From positions 1 to 62,765 of the forward strand of contig JBMFGW010000006.1 of the NCBI GenBank assembly GCA_049977145.1: a stretch of 62,765 nucleotides of DNA, read 5' to 3'. The first letter of the stretch is position 1; each line of letters begins with the position of its first letter. The stretch is from Phycisphaerae bacterium. Its GTDB lineage: Bacteria; Planctomycetota; Phycisphaerae; WQYP01. The notes beneath the pieces are model-generated. The model saw nothing but the letters and a program-made list of their open reading frames with translations. It made no database searches and was not told the DNA's origin. A program made the translations under genes and the position numbers. Below, piece by piece: positions 21,422-30,691 of this stretch.

Positions 21422-22318
21422 CTACTCCACGTTTTGTACCTGTTCCTTAATGCGATCGATAAGTCCTTTAATCCGCATGGTAAGTTTGGCGATTCCGCCG
21501 TCGCTGGCTTTGCTTCCAATGGTATTGGCCTCACGCAACATTTCCTGGGCGATGAATTCCAGCGTCCGGCCCACCTGATTTTCTTTTTCCGCCAAACCCA
21601 TGAAATGTTCAAGATGGCCGGAAAGCCGGGATATTTCTTCGCTGATATCCGCCCGCTCGGAAAATAGCGCCACTTCCCGCAATAAATCGGCATCGGAAAG
21701 TGATAACTTCGCGTCGCCCACCAACTGCATCACCCGCGCCCGCAACCGCTGATGGTATTGCTGGGCGATCTGTGGGGCCTGCTGCCGAATACCTTCCAAG
21801 GCTTTCGATATTTCACTAAGGTGTAATTGTAAGTCTTTCCAAAGCGCTTCACCTTCGCGCTTGCGCATTTGTACAACTTGTGCCAAGGCCTCGGCCAGCA
21901 GGCGATTGATCACATCACGGCGATGTTGATGTTCCGGCCCTGTCCAACCGTGATTGGGCGATTCGCAAACCCCGGGAAGTAGCAGTAATGCGGTAAGGTC
22001 AATGGTCATCGGCGCCGCCGAATCGTTGGCCCCGCGTGCCAACTCCTGCATTTCCTTAAGGTAATAATCGGCGGCGTCACGGTTGACCGGCGCCGCCGTA
22101 CCGAATGGCAATATCGCGGTAACCGTAATATTGATGCAACCGCGGCAAAGTTGCTGCCGCACCAGTTTGTCAATGTCGGCTTCGCATTGCGCCAATTCAT
22201 CCGGCAGTCGAATGGAAACTTTCAGGAAGCGGTTATTGACCGAACGAATTTCCACCTGGCAGAAGAAATTTTCTTCCTCCAGGCTAGCCCTGCCGTAACC
22301 GGTCATACTGATGATCAT
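21422..22318 (-). CDS. yicC: YicC/YloC family endoribonuclease
   Basis: SMTGYG, EIRSVNNRFL, DISEEISRL, EMLREANTIGSK, EQVQNVE. Confidence 0.95.
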   Translation of the reverse strand: MIISMTGYGRASLEEENFFCQVEIRSVNNRFLKVSIRLPDELAQCEADIDKLVRQQLCRGCINITVTAILPFGTAAPVNRDAADYYLKEMQELARGANDSAAPMTIDLTALLLLPGVCESPNHGWTGPEHQHRRDVINRLLAEALAQVVQMRKREGEALWKDLQLHLSEISKALEGIRQQAPQIAQQYHQRLRARVMQLVGDAKLSLSDADLLREVALFSERADISEEISRLSGHLEHFMGLAEKENQVGRTLEFIAQEMLREANTIGSKASDGGIAKLTMRIKGLIDRIKEQVQNVE

Positions 22319-22401
22319 CGATACTCCGAGGCCATTGCCAATCGCCGCATTTTGTCAATCCCGATAACCGAGTACACCGTAAAAATGCCGCACGCTAACC
22401 C

Positions 22402-22818
22402 TCAGGGATGCGAACCAGGCGGCTTGGCGGTCGCTGCTTTACGGATTGGTGCGGTGGACTTTACGGCGGCAGTGACCGGCTTAGCGCCGGTGCTGGCCTT
22501 AGTCTTGGCGGGCGCAGGTGTGGCGGTCGTCTTGCTTCCATTCATCCCGGTTTGTGTGGTGGCGGCTGGTCGTGAAGCAGCCACGGTGGCCGATCCTTGC
22601 ACCATCCAATTTAAGCCAATGGCCAGGAACATAAACAGTACGAAAAGCACAACGGTAACGGTGGTGAACACATCACCGGTTTTCGTTCCAAAAGCTGATC
22701 CGCCACCGCCGGCGCCAAACGCCCCGATCAGACCGCCGCCGCGCCCGCGTTGCAGCAGAATCACAATAATCAGCACTACCCCCAGCAGTACCAGTAAGAT
22801 GGAAAAAAAAGTTGTCAT
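22402..22818 (-). CDS. secG: Preprotein translocase subunit SecG
   Basis: ILLQRGRGGGLIGAFG...AFGTKTGDVFT, two TM helices, Ala/Thr/Lys-rich tail. Confidence 0.93.
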   Translation of the reverse strand: MTTFFSILLVLLGVVLIIVILLQRGRGGGLIGAFGAGGGGSAFGTKTGDVFTTVTVVLFVLFMFLAIGLNWMVQGSATVAASRPAATTQTGMNGSKTTATPAPAKTKASTGAKPVTAAVKSTAPIRKAATAKPPGSHP

Positions 22819-22848
22819 GCGTTGTTATATCCTTGAGCCATCGCTCCA

Positions 22849-23640
22849 TTAATCCACATTACCATGACCGCTTTGTGCCGCCACTGCGGCCTGCACGATA
22901 CCAATAAATTCATCCGCCATCAGACTGGCGCCGCCAATGAGCAGGCCATCAATATCCTTTTGCGCCAGGAGTTCCGCGGCGTTGGACTTTTTGGCTGATC
23001 CGCCATATTGAATGCGGATGCTCTGTGCCAAATCGCGGCCATATTTTCCCGTCAATTCGGTGCGGATAAAAGCATGCACTTCTTGAGCCTGCGCTGACGT
23101 GGCCGTCAAACCCGTACCAATGGCCCATACCGGCTCATAGGCGATGACCAGTTGGCCCGCCTGCACGCTGGCGGCATCAACGTGGGCCAACCCGGTCTCA
23201 AGTTGGCGGCCTACAATTTCCATGGTTGCGGATTTCTGTCGCTGTTCCAGTGTTTCCCCCACGCACAAAATCAAGCTGAGGCCTTCGGCGACGACGGCGT
23301 GGGCTTTTTTCCCCACCAGTTCATCACTTTCAGCCAAAATGTGGCGGCGTTCGCTGTGCCCCGCCAACACGTATTTGACTCCCATATCCTTTAACATTGC
23401 GGTGCTGACTTCACCGGTAAATGCACCTTTCTTTTCAAAGTAGACATTTTGCGCACCGAGTTGGACAGCGCCGCCACGAATTGCCTGTCGCACCGCCTCC
23501 AGATGCACTAATGTGGGTATGATACTGACTTCCACCGCGCAGGGCACCGGCATTTTCGTGATAATCTTACTTGCTAAATCCACGCTTTCAGCGCGATTTA
23601 GATTCATTTTCCAGTTACCCGCAATTAAAAGTTTTCGCAT
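22849..23640 (-). CDS. tpiA: Triosephosphate isomerase
   Basis: AGNWKMN, GAFTGE, GHSERR, AYEPVWAIGTG, YGGS, GGASL. Confidence 0.97.
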   Translation of the reverse strand: MRKLLIAGNWKMNLNRAESVDLASKIITKMPVPCAVEVSIIPTLVHLEAVRQAIRGGAVQLGAQNVYFEKKGAFTGEVSTAMLKDMGVKYVLAGHSERRHILAESDELVGKKAHAVVAEGLSLILCVGETLEQRQKSATMEIVGRQLETGLAHVDAASVQAGQLVIAYEPVWAIGTGLTATSAQAQEVHAFIRTELTGKYGRDLAQSIRIQYGGSAKKSNAAELLAQKDIDGLLIGGASLMADEFIGIVQAAVAAQSGHGNVD

Positions 23641-23728
23641 GTTATAAAATTCTCCTGGCATTGGTGCTTTCATTAATCCACATTCGCACACGCGCTGTGG
23701 CATTATTCATCATCTTACCGCCGGTGCG

Positions 23729-24799
23729 TTAAACCGTCACCGGTCCCGCGTTTGGCAGTGCCGCCAACTCGGAAAAATTCCGTCCCAAAACTCCGGCGAG
23801 CTTTCTTAGCACTATCATTAAATCCGCAAATGCATCGGGCAACAGTGCCTGCGGCCCGTCGCACAAGGCCTGGGACGGATTATCATGCACTTCCACCATG
23901 ATACCGTCGGCACCCGCCGCGATACCGGCCCGCGCCAATGCCGGAATATATTCCCGCACGCCGCTGGCGTGGCTGGGATCCACAATCACCGGCAGGTGAC
24001 TGTTAGCTTTTACCACAGGGACTGCGGAAATGTCCAGTGTAAATCGCAGAGAGGTTTCAAAGGTCTTGATGCCTCGCTCACACAATATGACCTGGCGATT
24101 GCCCTGGCTAAGCACATATTCCGCACTCATCAGCCATTCCTGAATCGACGCGGCCATGCCGCGTTTGAGCAGTACCGGTTTGCGGGTTTTGCCCACTTCA
24201 AACAGCAGATTGAAGTTCTGCATATTCCGTGCGCCAATCTGAAATACATCGGTGTATTCTTCAATAGTTGCCACATGCCGCGTATCCATGACTTCGGTGA
24301 TAATGGGCAGGCCATTTTCCCGGCCCGCATCACGCAGCCACTTTAGCGCATCCTCGCCATGGCCTTGAAAGCTATATGGGCTGGTGCGTGGTTTGTACGC
24401 GCCGCCGCGGAGCATCGTGGCACCGGAGACGCGGACGAACCGCGCGATGTTATGCACCATGACCTCATTTTCACACGCACAGGGTCCGGCGATCGCAACG
24501 CAGTAGCCACCACCAACTTTCACGATTCCGCCACCCGGACATGGAATTTCAACAATGGTATCCGCCTTATGAAACTCGCGGCTTGCAAGCTTATACGGCC
24601 GCATGATCGGCAGCACCTGCTCCACACCGTTAATGGCCAGGAGATGTTCTTTGTCCACCTGGACCTCTTCGCCCACCACGCCAATGACGGTACGAAATTG
24701 GCCCTTGGACAAATGCGCCCGCAGACCTAAGGCTTCAATTTGTAAGACAATATCCTGCACTAAGGCGTCATCAGCGCCTGGCTTAAGAATGACAATCAT
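23729..24799 (-). CDS. aroF: 3-deoxy-7-phosphoheptulonate (DAHP) synthase, class I-beta, with N-terminal regulatory domain
   Basis: IAGPC, RGGAYKPRTSPYSFQG, QIGARNMQNF, LCERGI, DPSH, DGPQ. Confidence 0.95.
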   Translation of the reverse strand: MIVILKPGADDALVQDIVLQIEALGLRAHLSKGQFRTVIGVVGEEVQVDKEHLLAINGVEQVLPIMRPYKLASREFHKADTIVEIPCPGGGIVKVGGGYCVAIAGPCACENEVMVHNIARFVRVSGATMLRGGAYKPRTSPYSFQGHGEDALKWLRDAGRENGLPIITEVMDTRHVATIEEYTDVFQIGARNMQNFNLLFEVGKTRKPVLLKRGMAASIQEWLMSAEYVLSQGNRQVILCERGIKTFETSLRFTLDISAVPVVKANSHLPVIVDPSHASGVREYIPALARAGIAAGADGIMVEVHDNPSQALCDGPQALLPDAFADLMIVLRKLAGVLGRNFSELAALPNAGPVTV

Positions 24800-24904
24800 G
24801 CGGTTGCTTCCAATGCGTTATATAAGCAGCGGCCCAAGCCACAAAAACCAAGTCCTTGATTATCTATTTTTCGCGCAATAATTCAATTGATCGCAAATAC
24901 GAAT

Positions 24905-26263
24905 TTACGCACGGGTTATTTTAGCACCGCCAGCACGCAGGCCTGCGGTGGCGTTACGGGTATCGACAATGCGCCGCGCATGTTGAGCGATGAATCGCCA
25001 ATCATAGGCGGAATGATCCGTCGCAATGATCACCAGATCATAACGCTGGAGATTCGCCGCCGTCAGCGGGATGGATTTCATTTTCAGATCATGCTGTCGC
25101 TGAGGATGGGTGCGGGGAATAAACGGATCATTATAATCCACGCGGGCACCACGTTTTTTAAGTTGTTCAATGAGCACCACGGATGGGGATTCCCGCAAAT
25201 CATCCACATCTTTTTTATAGGCCAGCCCCAACACCAGAATCTTGGAACCGCGAATGGCCCGACCAACGTCATTGAGAGATTCGGCAACTTTTTCAATGAC
25301 ATAATAGGGCATGGCGGTATTTAATTCACCGGCCAGTTCAATGAAACGGGCGGTGACATCATACTGTTTGGCTTTCCAGCTTAAATAAAATGGATCAATC
25401 GGAATACAGTGCCCGCCGAGACCGGGACCGGGGTAAAATGCCTGAAATCCAAACGGCTTGGTTTTTGCCGCCGCTATGACTTTCCATACGTCGATACCCA
25501 TGCGATCAAAAATTATCTTTAACTCATTGATCATTGCTATATTGATGCAGCGGTAGCAGTTTTCCAGAATTTTACCGGCCTCGGCAATTTCACAGCTCTC
25601 CACCGGGACCACGGTCTTAACCGCCTGACCATATAGGGCGCAAGTGGCTTTCAAGGCTTCGGTGTCCATGCCGCCGACAACTTTTGGAATATCGACTGTC
25701 TGAAAATCCTGGCGGCCCGGATCTTCACGTTCCGGAGAATACGCCAGCAGAAAATCTTTTCCACATTTTAACCCGTTGGCCTCCAACGCCGGCATTACCA
25801 CTTCCCGCGTGGTGCCGGGATAAGTGGTGGATTCCAGAATAACCAATTGGCCGGGGCGCAAATGGGCGGCAATGGCGGCGGCAGTGCCGGAAACATAACG
25901 CATATCGGGTTCACGGTTGACGGTCAGCGGAGTGGGCACGCAAATAATCAGCGCTGTACAATTCGCCATGCGTGAAAAATCAGCAGTGGGTGAAAACCTC
26001 CCCTCCCGCAGGAGCTGGCTAATAGTGGCGGACGCAATATGGCGGATATAGCTTTGGCCTTTTTCCAGCTTGCGGACCTTGGCTAGATCAACGTCAAAGC
26101 CAATGGTCGTAAATCCGGCGTCGGAAAAGGCCTTCACCAGCGGTAGGCCCACATAACCCAAGCCAATAACGCCCACCACCGCCCGCTTATTTTCAATTTG
26201 TGCGATCAATCTGGAAACGGACCACTTTTCATGTTTCATCTGCTGTTCCAGTTTCGAATTCAT
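24905..26263 (-). CDS. Nucleotide-sugar dehydrogenase (UDP-GlcNAc 6-dehydrogenase, WbpA-like)
   Basis: GLGYVGLP, CVPTP, ESTTYPGTT, SPEREDPG, PGPGLGGHCIPIDP, AYKKDVDDLRESP. Start at 26263. Confidence 0.93.
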   Translation of the reverse strand: MNSKLEQQMKHEKWSVSRLIAQIENKRAVVGVIGLGYVGLPLVKAFSDAGFTTIGFDVDLAKVRKLEKGQSYIRHIASATISQLLREGRFSPTADFSRMANCTALIICVPTPLTVNREPDMRYVSGTAAAIAAHLRPGQLVILESTTYPGTTREVVMPALEANGLKCGKDFLLAYSPEREDPGRQDFQTVDIPKVVGGMDTEALKATCALYGQAVKTVVPVESCEIAEAGKILENCYRCINIAMINELKIIFDRMGIDVWKVIAAAKTKPFGFQAFYPGPGLGGHCIPIDPFYLSWKAKQYDVTARFIELAGELNTAMPYYVIEKVAESLNDVGRAIRGSKILVLGLAYKKDVDDLRESPSVVLIEQLKKRGARVDYNDPFIPRTHPQRQHDLKMKSIPLTAANLQRYDLVIIATDHSAYDWRFIAQHARRIVDTRNATAGLRAGGAKITRA

Positions 26264-26418
26264 GGCCTGCCCGGCGCCGGAATTATGCTGGGGGCCACCT
26301 GTGTGGTCGCCTGCCGTACGGGCGTAATGCGCGCTGTGGTCTGATGCTGTGCCAAATACACCAATCCCAACAGCACCAGCAATCCAATGATAATTTCCAA
26401 GGGATAATTCGTGTCCAT
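26260..26418 (-). CDS. Small single-TM protein (52 aa), not in the ORF track
   Basis: MDTNYPLEIIIGLLVLLGLVYLAQHQTTARITPVRQATTQVAPSIIPAPGRP; GAGGT upstream; its TGA overlaps the dehydrogenase ATG (ATGA). Confidence 0.65.
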   Translation of the reverse strand: MDTNYPLEIIIGLLVLLGLVYLAQHQTTARITPVRQATTQVAPSIIPAPGRP

Positions 26419-26490
26419 AACCGTCTGTCACCTCAAACGCGCTACAGCGGCATAACCCGCGCCCCACGGACGCAGCCATAGCTTCCATGG

Positions 26491-27084
26491 CTACCGGTCT
26501 TTGGGCGGTGTCGGCGTTTGCGCACCTTGCAGTAGCCAACATAAAATAAGCAGCGGTACACCAATACACAACATGGCATCCGCGAGATTAAATATCCATG
26601 GCCAATAGTGCAACAAAATAAAGTCCCGTACTTTGCCATGATTGAACGCCCGGTCATAAAGATTTCCCATGGCCCCGGCCAAGATCAGTCCCAGTGCCGT
26701 GTGCATGACCCATTGGTGGCGTTGCGTATTCATGAAAACGTAGACGACAAATCCGATGGCCACGAGACTAATGAGAATAAAAAGCGGAGCCAACCCAGGT
26801 CCGACGCCAAACACCGCTCCGGGATTTAACGTTGTTCGCAGTTGGAGCATACCTGGGATCAACACGACACGCCGTGATCCCGGCCCGTAACCTAAGTCCG
26901 CAAACGCCAGATGCTTGGTCCATAAATCAGCGGCCAGCCCCCCGCCCGCAATGAACAGAAAACGTATCCACGCCACCGGCGAGAATGCGGCAATGGGTAA
27001 GTCTTTGTCGGCCACGGTTGGTGCGGAAACGGATTTTACCGTATTGGCCGCCCGGCTGGTTATGGAATTCATTGGTTGATTCAT
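26491..27084 (-). CDS. lspA: Lipoprotein signal peptidase II
   Basis: ADLWTK, NPGAVFG, GAMGNLYDR, VRDFI, FNLADA. Confidence 0.95.
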   Translation of the reverse strand: MNQPMNSITSRAANTVKSVSAPTVADKDLPIAAFSPVAWIRFLFIAGGGLAADLWTKHLAFADLGYGPGSRRVVLIPGMLQLRTTLNPGAVFGVGPGLAPLFILISLVAIGFVVYVFMNTQRHQWVMHTALGLILAGAMGNLYDRAFNHGKVRDFILLHYWPWIFNLADAMLCIGVPLLILCWLLQGAQTPTPPKDR

Positions 27085-27119
27085 GCTGCGGTCCCGCAAA
27101 TATAAAATCGTCCGATACC

Positions 27120-27208
27120 ATAACCGGCCATAAAATTATTTTAATGCGCCAAGCCAATTCGTCCAAGCGGCGTCCAAAAGTCCAACAAATATGAGCGTGG
27201 CCGGTTAC
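27120..27208. mobile_element. 89-bp degenerate MITE-like element
   Basis: Imperfect IR ATAACCGGCCAT / GTGGCCGGTTAC resembling the GTAACCGTTCAC family; 7 bp from the next element. Confidence 0.45.
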
Positions 27209-27215
27209 TTTCTTG

Positions 27216-27511
27216 GTAACCGTTCACCGGCCTGATGGAAGAAGCGAAGCTGTCGGCCGTCCGGCGAACTGGGTGCTGACGCTTTGATGTGGGAATTCAA
27301 ACACGCTGCGCTGCTGACAGATTTGTTTGGTGCGTGCATCCATGTTGTTTCGATCAATCCGTTGATCCGAATATTTTATCGGACAGATTGTGTGGACCGC
27401 TCAAATTTTATCATAGAAATACATTTGTTTGTTTCTGGGGGGAGGGTATAATTTGTTTTCATGGTCAAGCTCGTTATGCATTTGGCTGGCCAGAGGGTCG
27501 TGAACGGTTAC
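27216..27511. mobile_element. 296-bp MITE of the GTAACCGTTCAC family with a different interior
   Basis: Perfect 12-bp TIR at 27216-27227 and 27500-27511; the right end read in reverse resembles the first ~30 bp of the 131-bp copies. Confidence 0.75.
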
Positions 27512-27525
27512 TTATGGGTGAAGAT

Positions 27526-28896
27526 ATGTGGAAACAATTGGTCGGAAAAATATGGACTTCGGTTATCGGCACCGGAATAATCACCGCCGGTTTAATTTCA
27601 GTGGCAGCTATTTCAACATTGCCTCATTATTGTGCCGCGGGAACTGTTGCGCCTTCACCGCCTTCAGTTGCGGTCGCCACTAACCCGCCCACCATCGGAC
27701 AAATCCGGAAATGGATCACGCAACTCGCCAGTCACCGGCTTTTGATTCGGCACATCGCCGCGGAGAAGCTGCTGGCGGCAGGTGATGAGGCAGTGCCGGA
27801 AATGAAGAAGGCTCTGGCCGGTTTGACCACACCGGAAATGCGGCATCTATTGCGACAGGATATTCGAAAAATTGCCCATGCGGATTTGCTGCGCGGACCG
27901 CTTATAACACTGGATGCCAAGAACATGTCCGCCAGACAGGCCTTTGAAACCGTATGCAAACAGGTGGGCGTAAGGCCGCATTTTATCAATCAGTTAGTGC
28001 TGCCCCGAGTTACAATTCATGCGGTGCGGGAACCATTTTGGAAAGTCATGCAGCAACTGGCGATTCTCACCGGTGTTTCCCCCGCGCAGGGTTATTATGG
28101 CAATCCGCAGCAGATAACTTTGGCGGCCAACGGTGTCTTGGGCAAGGGACATATTGTGGATTTGGCCGGAGCCTTTGCACTTATCCCGCAAAGCATCAAT
28201 TACAGCCGCAACCTGAATTTCATGCAGCCGCAGCAGGCTGCGACACAAACATTTAACATTCAGGCCGTGCTGCTGTCGATTCCGGGAAGCACGGGGCCTA
28301 TGCAAATTCCGCAGACCGTGGTGACCAAGGCGATTGATAATCATGGTAATTCCCTGATTTCGGCCACGCCGGGTAACGTCTGGTACGGCAATCAAATGGG
28401 GGGCGTGACATATTTCAACATTGCCTTGCAATGGCCGCACCATCCTGGAACGATAATTACAGAATTAAAAGGTTATATTCCCGTGATGGTCACTGTGCAC
28501 AAGCAACTGCTGGATTTAAAATTCAAAGCCAAAGGGATTGCCAAGGCCTCAATCGTGGGCGTAACTGTCTCGATCAGTCATCGCACGATGCAAAACGGGA
28601 TGTGGCACTTCACGTATACCATCCAACAGCCGGGCGGTATGTTTAACCCGAACTCCGATACGCAGAATATTATGAATCAGCTTGAGCAGATTAACAGCGG
28701 CACGATTCTCACGGCTGGAGGTCGAACAATTCAGTTGGCTGGTTGGGGCGGCGGGGGTGGAGGCCCACAGGGCATTACGTATAACGCCAATATAAATGTA
28801 ACGGGCGGCAAGCCGGCTGAATTTCGCATGGTGGTGTTTACCGGGCATGAAAAGCTGGAGATTCCGTTTGATTTTAAGAATCTTTCGATGCCGTAA
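27526..28896 (+). CDS. Hypothetical exported protein (HEAT-like N-terminal helices, STN-like and beta-rich domains)
   Basis: N-terminal hydrophobic segment, WITQLAS...AAEKLLAAG, ITLDAKNMS...PFWKVM. Start at 27514 or 27526. Confidence 0.75.
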   Translation: MWKQLVGKIWTSVIGTGIITAGLISVAAISTLPHYCAAGTVAPSPPSVAVATNPPTIGQIRKWITQLASHRLLIRHIAAEKLLAAGDEAVPEMKKALAGLTTPEMRHLLRQDIRKIAHADLLRGPLITLDAKNMSARQAFETVCKQVGVRPHFINQLVLPRVTIHAVREPFWKVMQQLAILTGVSPAQGYYGNPQQITLAANGVLGKGHIVDLAGAFALIPQSINYSRNLNFMQPQQAATQTFNIQAVLLSIPGSTGPMQIPQTVVTKAIDNHGNSLISATPGNVWYGNQMGGVTYFNIALQWPHHPGTIITELKGYIPVMVTVHKQLLDLKFKAKGIAKASIVGVTVSISHRTMQNGMWHFTYTIQQPGGMFNPNSDTQNIMNQLEQINSGTILTAGGRTIQLAGWGGGGGGPQGITYNANINVTGGKPAEFRMVVFTGHEKLEIPFDFKNLSMP

Positions 28897-28944
28897 ACTT
28901 TTCCGATGGCATATTCCGGACCAACGACCGCATCCATCCGGCAT

Positions 28945-29097
28945 TTAACGCGGCGATGTCTGAACCGGTGCTATTCTCATCGTGTCGATGCACTTGTGGA
29001 TCGCCGCGGGATAGGCCAGTCATTCCTGCTCAAAGACGCGGGCAGCCAGCTTCTTAGCAGTGTCGCCGGGCAGTACCGGGCAGGTTTTCTGGACAGT
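28945..29097 (-). pseudogene. purN: 3' fragment of phosphoribosylglycinamide formyltransferase
   Basis: Translates as TVQKTCPVLPGDTAKKLAARVFEQE*LAYPAAI, matching the PurN C-terminus; internal stop; no 5' part; begins 7 bp from an element end. Confidence 0.75.
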
Positions 29098-29104
29098 AAA
29101 TCTC

Positions 29105-29425
29105 GGGACAGTCGCCTGTTTATTGACACCCGGGCCGGATGGTGATACTTTGTTTTTTCTGCTTCGACTTTTTTTTCGCATTGCCATCCCCGATGTACCG
29201 TACCACGTTACCCGGCGTGGCCAGTAAACGTCAAGATGTGTGTTTTGGCCGATAACGATCGCCGGGCAGGCCGCCAGCGGACGACAGCACCATGAGCAAT
29301 TTCGAGAAACCTGTCGGACGTGGCCTTCCGGGCAGTACCCCCCGGAAGGCCACGAAAAGATACAATACGCTGATTCGCAATGGCGAAGCCCAGCGTAAAC
29401 CCCGCATTTAATAGGTGACTGTCCC
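29105..29425 (+). mobile_element. Mini-RAYT element copy A (internally deleted Y1/HUH transposase gene with inverted ends)
   Basis: GGGACAGTCGCCTGTTTA ... TTAATAGGTGACTGTCCC; interior RIAIPDVPYHVTRRG (RAYT N-terminus) joined to FEKPVGRGL..PPGRP (RAYT C-terminus); colinear with 31412-31721. Confidence 0.8.
29123..29151 (+). promoter_or_regulatory. Sigma70-type promoter inside mini-RAYT A; equivalent in copy B at 31430-31458
   Basis: TTGACA-17 nt-TACTTT with a TG extended -10 motif; copy B has TTGACA-17 nt-TACCTT. Confidence 0.65.
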
Positions 29426-29432
29426 TGGTATC

Positions 29433-29710
29433 TGGTGATCATGCTGGCCTACAAGATTGTGCAGGAATTGGCCCGGCGGTGGCAGGCCATCGACGCCACC
29501 GTGCAGGAGGGTCTGGATGAACTCAAAACGCTCTGCATGATGCGGATGGTTATTAAGGGGAAACCCTTGTGCCATTGCATCCCGCAGCCGCGGGAATCGG
29601 TACAAAAGTATTTGGAAAAGGCCCAAGTCGTCTTGCCCGCAGCGCTTCCCCATCGTGGCGTTCATGTGGCCACGAGAAAGAAACTGCCGCCAAGACGCAA
29701 AACTCGTTGA
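29433..29710 (+). pseudogene. 3' fragment of an IS1634-like DDE transposase
   Basis: VIMLAYKIVQELARRWQAIDATVQEGLDELKTLC...IPQPR...VATRKKL; begins mid-gene right after the element end. Confidence 0.7.
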
Positions 29711-29761
29711 TTTTACAGCGCATTATCCCACTGCAAACCAGCGAGTTTTGCTGGAACATCC

Positions 29762-29828
29762 GATACAACACGCTGATCCGCAATGACGCAGCACAGCGCA
29801 CACTCTGCATTTAATAGGTGACTGTCCC
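29762..29828 (+). mobile_element. Mini-RAYT partial copy C (right end only)
   Basis: GATACAACACGCTGATCCGCAATG...CATTTAATAGGTGACTGTCCC matches the 3' ends of copies A and B. Confidence 0.8.
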
Positions 29829-29868
29829 TAGTATCCCCTAGTATCCCCCCTAGTATCCCCCTAGTATC
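29826..29868 (+). repeat. Four tandem CCCTAGTATC units at the element end
   Basis: TAGTAT followed by C4, C6, C5 and C1, directly after GACTGTCCC. Confidence 0.9.
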
Positions 29869-30024
29869 TCGCACGGCAGCGTACCAAACGCGAGGAGAAA
29901 ATCCGCCTACAACATTTGGGGTTTACCACTTGGACTTTGCGGGGGTTGGGTGGTACTATATGTGAAGCCATTCGCCCGCCGGGTTGGCCCAGCTTTGGAT
30001 CGTTTGGTCACGAGGTGTACTTTC

Positions 30025-30624
30025 ATGCAAGAGTCATTATTTGTTGGAGTATTTGAGTCCATTGCTAAAGAGATTCTCGGTGATTCAGCAGTCTATCGCA
30101 AGGCCAATCTGTTTTACGAGCTATTCCTAGACCAAAAGCTAGATTTGGCAGCCCACTGCCGGGACACGAGGCATCCAAAGCGAGGCTTCTCCGCCTTCCA
30201 GACGGATATTTGCATTTGTGAGATGCGGCAGGGAATTCCGTTTCCGCGCGTGGTTATCGAGTTTAAGAAGGACATTACCACTCACGATATTCTCACATAT
30301 TCTACCAAGGCCGGCAGGCACAAGCAGATATACCCCTGCCTTCGCTATGGTGTGCTTTCCAGCGACACGGACTCCATTCCAAGCCGATTCTTTGTCCACA
30401 ACGAGCATTTGGATTTTTTTGTAGCCGCGAAGAGATACCAGAACCAGGAGACTCTGCGGCCCTTCACGAAGAGTTTGTTAGAGAAGGAGTTGGAGATTTC
30501 ACGTATTTTAGAGCAGATTCATTTTGGCGACCGGAAGTGCGATTATTATCGGCGAGACATCGTATTTCAAAATCTCGGATCCGTTCACAGACAAAAAAAG
30601 GCAAAACAAATGAAAATCAAGTGA
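30025..30624 (+). CDS. Hypothetical protein, putative PD-(D/E)XK nuclease
   Basis: FQTDICI...PRVVIEFK motif; GAGGT upstream of ATG 30025. Confidence 0.7.
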   Translation: MQESLFVGVFESIAKEILGDSAVYRKANLFYELFLDQKLDLAAHCRDTRHPKRGFSAFQTDICICEMRQGIPFPRVVIEFKKDITTHDILTYSTKAGRHKQIYPCLRYGVLSSDTDSIPSRFFVHNEHLDFFVAAKRYQNQETLRPFTKSLLEKELEISRILEQIHFGDRKCDYYRRDIVFQNLGSVHRQKKAKQMKIK

Positions 30625-30691
30625 TATTACAGGACTTAATGTGCAAAAAAGAGGTTAAAAATGGGCTTGTGTCGCTTAAAACATTGGCTAT

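Noticed and set aside
22151-22852. 233-aa plus-strand ORF
   Set aside because: Antisense to secG and yicC.
29020-29442. 140-aa minus-strand ORF as a real gene
   Set aside because: It is a chimera of antisense element sequence and the purN fragment.
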